From Spongospora subterranea f. sp. subterranea (Eukaryota), in NCBI GenBank assembly GCA_049724395.1, contig JAUGWO010000008.1, forward strand, positions 1 through 64,000: a DNA stretch of 64,000 bases, in the 5' to 3' direction. The notes under the pieces were generated by a model. The model made no database searches, was not told the origin of the DNA, and saw only the letters and a program-made list of their open reading frames with translations. The position numbers and the translations under genes are program-made. Positions 62,001-64,000 of the stretch are shown here, one piece after another (within the stretch, counting starts at the first letter, position 1; each line of letters starts with the position of its first letter).

Positions 62001-64000
62001 ATCGCGGCACCGCCTCCGAGAACAATACTTTGAACGCGTTGAGATATTTGGTCTTATCTACGTCTGCATGTAGGTTCAGACGAGCCAGAGCGAGCAACAA
62101 TAAAGGATGAGCGACAAGAGCGGCGGAGCGGGAGTTGATATAGCCGATGTACGATTGGAGGTGTTCACAAGCGGCTGTCCGATCGCTAGACCCAAGAGAA
62201 TCCAGTTCCAGAGCCCAGAGCAGGTTGAGTTCATATGATGCGTTTGATGTTTGGTCTGATAGTTTCTTTAGCAGATTGACACCTGCAAATACAGGAGCGG
62301 TATCGCTACTCTGTCCCACAAACTGTAGTTTCGATGGCAGTTCACGTCGAATTGCAGGATTATATTCTGGTGAAAAAACGAGCGTTTCGCCATCCCAATC
62401 ACAGGGAAATCGAAAACTGCCGATCGGCGTATTCTCAAGATGAACAACTTTGGCAGAAAGCGAAGCCATCGGGGGCTTTGGCGTGATCGTTGAAGGCAAA
62501 TAATACGAGATCGGTGTCGGATGATAGAGAACACGAGGGTGGTCAGATAATCGTTCTGCTATCTCCAGGCGCTGTGCGGCCGTTATGTCAATACAGCAAT
62601 CGGCAATGACCGCGTATGGATCCCAGAATATACAGCTCTCTTGGCCTTTAACAATCGTCTGCACTGAATCGAACCCTTGCTGATTGTGTTTTTCAATTAC
62701 CCAGTTTTTCGTCTGGTCTTGAAAGTTTTTTGAAGATTTATGGTCGTTGCTTTTGGGAACATCTTGCGGATTGACTAACACATGACCGACTAAGCCGATA
62801 CCGCAAAGCAGAGTGCAATTGGAGTTAGAAAGGCGTTGGAAATTGTTTGATGTCCACTCTCTGAGGCACAGCCCATTCAAAAATCGGGCTTGCGATGACA
62901 ATCTCCTAGAATCAAAAACGTCAGGGCAATTCTTTTTTCCGACTTGAATAAAACATGGGTGGGGTTTGAATGACACTAACGGCAGCGACAGCATGTTCTT
63001 CTGGTTTCTCTTCATGAAGTTCCTATAATTCACAAGAACCCTGATACATTGGCCCACAAACCTATCTAGAGCTTGTGATGTAAGTGGAATTCTACGTGAG
63101 GTAAGTCGCAGGTCCTGTAGTTCAACAGGAATGCTATTCTCTAGGAAAGAATCGAGGAATGAACATGGATCGGGCGGGCACCATTCTCGAAGTTCACGGA
63201 TTATAGAGTCCAGGTTGGTCAATGCACACATTGGACACTGCAATGGGACGCCCATCGAACACTGCTGAACTGCCATACGATGATCGCCAGAAGCGCATAT
63301 CCATTCGGTAGACCGACCACAATCCATGCGATCAGAGCAGCATTTCGCCTCGAAAGTCTGACCACAGACCGGATAGTTCCAGCATTGGCGTTGGCATATT
63401 TCCTGGCATAAAAACGGAGTCGTCGTATCAGACAACTCGAAGCAGTTCGCCGTACGCCAATGGCCACATGGTATAAATACTTGAACGATCTCTTTACATT
63501 TTGGTTTCGGTTTTCGGCCCAATAAGATGTCAATGCCACGAGCACAAGGTACATCAAAATCATGCCCACAAGACGAATTTTGTCGAAACACCATTGTACG
63601 TTTGCAAGACTGGAGTTTAAGGTCGTTAGGAGCGGGTACTGGCACCCCGGCGTCTTCCAAGATAACGTGTTCTGAAAACGACGAAGGAGTTCCATCAACC
63701 CACGGAACCCAACCGGCAAAATCACGATCACGACACGGCAAGTCAATCTCATGTCCACAAAGACGGTTGTGGACTTGAACGGTTGCTAAGCATTGCTGTC
63801 CACGGGAACTACGACCAGCGTGGCATTTGACTGTCGTCTCATGACCACAAAGACGACGCATACGGACCGGTTGCTCACAAAGAATCGACAAAGTGGATAC
63901 GGATGATGAGACGTGACTGTTTCCTTCAGATTCATCGATTATATCAACAGGATCGCGTGGGATTAACTTATTGCTCTTTTTCAATTTGATTTTCTCGAAG
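59050..64000 (-). CDS. NFX1-type zinc-finger protein with three tandem CbbX/SpoVK-like AAA+ domains (5' end probably outside window)
   Basis: 1644-aa open frame. Repeated CGH..C zinc-finger motifs; three Walker A (GNPGTGKTT, GSPGTGKTT x2) and Walker B (IDEAY) pairs with NxGLxxRF arginine fingers; coiled coil; terminal CPAGYQW...WRCSAGGH. Confidence 0.9.
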   Translation of the reverse strand, partial: FEKIKLKKSNKLIPRDPVDIIDESEGNSHVSSSVSTLSILCEQPVRMRRLCGHETTVKCHAGRSSRGQQCLATVQVHNRLCGHEIDLPCRDRDFAGWVPWVDGTPSSFSEHVILEDAGVPVPAPNDLKLQSCKRTMVFRQNSSCGHDFDVPCARGIDILLGRKPKPKCKEIVQVFIPCGHWRTANCFELSDTTTPFLCQEICQRQCWNYPVCGQTFEAKCCSDRMDCGRSTEWICASGDHRMAVQQCSMGVPLQCPMCALTNLDSIIRELREWCPPDPCSFLDSFLENSIPVELQDLRLTSRRIPLTSQALDRFVGQCIRVLVNYRNFMKRNQKNMLSLPLVSFKPHPCFIQVGKKNCPDVFDSRRLSSQARFLNGLCLREWTSNNFQRLSNSNCTLLCGIGLVGHVLVNPQDVPKSNDHKSSKNFQDQTKNWVIEKHNQQGFDSVQTIVKGQESCIFWDPYAVIADCCIDITAAQRLEIAERLSDHPRVLYHPTPISYYLPSTITPKPPMASLSAKVVHLENTPIGSFRFPCDWDGETLVFSPEYNPAIRRELPSKLQFVGQSSDTAPVFAGVNLLKKLSDQTSNASYELNLLWALELDSLGSSDRTAACEHLQSYIGYINSRSAALVAHPLLLLALARLNLHADVDKTKYLNAFKVLFSEAVPRWMTTSERDLVSVSNPSVSNTAPIANANARSRWNELKRTHGCSSDAIEELLDMIGLQRIKVGAVEWFKTALVFKQMNASARKKNMMALNFVFFGNPGTGKTTVARLYARILHDSGMRTSDTFIECSAQKLKDDGPDQFRKLVKSAEGGVLFIDEAYDLDPAGDFKGKPIVSELLTISENCRDRLSIILAGYEDDMTKKLFSYNEGLKSRFAEVTFDDFDESELKVIWETAVLEREWSPDEDIATIASKRLAKSVGRKGFGNARACRKMLEAAIRSATSREDFDARNMQLKMRDVIGEDPTTNTKVIQLMKRVNSQIGWQSIKRSFQQIIKLCSTNYELEIKGHPPRPLLFNRLFLGSPGTGKTTCAAIYGELLKHLGFLSIGDVVQKTASDLVGSHVGESQKKTGEVIDGARGKVLVIDEAYNLDDNLYGKQAIDVIVEKVSGSSTDDIAVLLLGYEPQMLKMIRDQNPGLARRFPQEYAFRFEDYNDAELLKLWNKRCADESVTGTYEVAEKAVRVLSRQRQLSNFGNAGSVFQLLRSAIANATSRADHHEHLALAPEDIDTGDDDDGSDPLAALDGLYRVDGIRRKLTSIMNALKVARDEGEESPRAGHFVFRGSPGTGKTTVARVMAKILLRIGVCQSDNLVETSALDLTGEYLGQTKKKLEERMNEAKGSVLFIDEAYELGCGAYGKEAQTSLVAAMTSPEYSGMVVIVAGYPKDMDAMLDRNAGLKSRFNNYIDFPDWEVEDCMKFMFDRAAKLNFSLDGVDEVLADGFAKIRKLPGFGNGRDVDKIWNEIFEIRASRVVNAPELEKHIVFEDVADAISDMIKSRTPPDLPFLSAPTINGGPVQHQTEERSETPSVVEVEKDSAKFEGENSNEEESECERDPGVDEAIWQELELAKKEHQAHMAKLKRDAELAEEEEARRKAAAALAEEVRRQAAIQERIRRMCPCPAGYQWYKQGGGWRCSAGGHFVSDAQLNSQFTV

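Noticed and set aside
59277..62443. Long plus-strand ORFs (e.g. 61448-62110, 59303-59797)
   Set aside because: Antisense shadows of the large AAA+ gene.

Overview
Eukaryotic nuclear DNA with short GT-AG introns. The gene set (flagellar/CatSper-type genes, Crinkler-like relics, moderate GC) suggests a zoosporic protist, possibly a plasmodiophorid; this is inference only. About 1-20.5 kb is a repeat-rich accessory region: decayed Crinkler/RHS-like NTPase and REase genes, a LINE relic, a DIRS-type retroelement, a Ty1/copia relic and an apparently intact alpha-kinase gene bracketed by a recurrent GC-rich terminal motif. About 20.7-55 kb is gene-dense: SDR, DDB1, NDUFS6, KIFBP, a CatSper-like channel, PAP2 phosphatase, CFAP70-like, RRM, TMEM104-like, a five-copy DUF4336/MBL-fold cluster and TIM23, with copia and DIRS relics interspersed. 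The window ends in a 5'-truncated gene for an NFX1-zinc-finger protein with three CbbX/SpoVK-type AAA+ domains. The most striking structural feature is that many repeat relics occur as local inverted (fold-back) duplications or inversions. Single-base frameshifts in conserved genes suggest some consensus indel errors. Identity figures are by-eye estimates.
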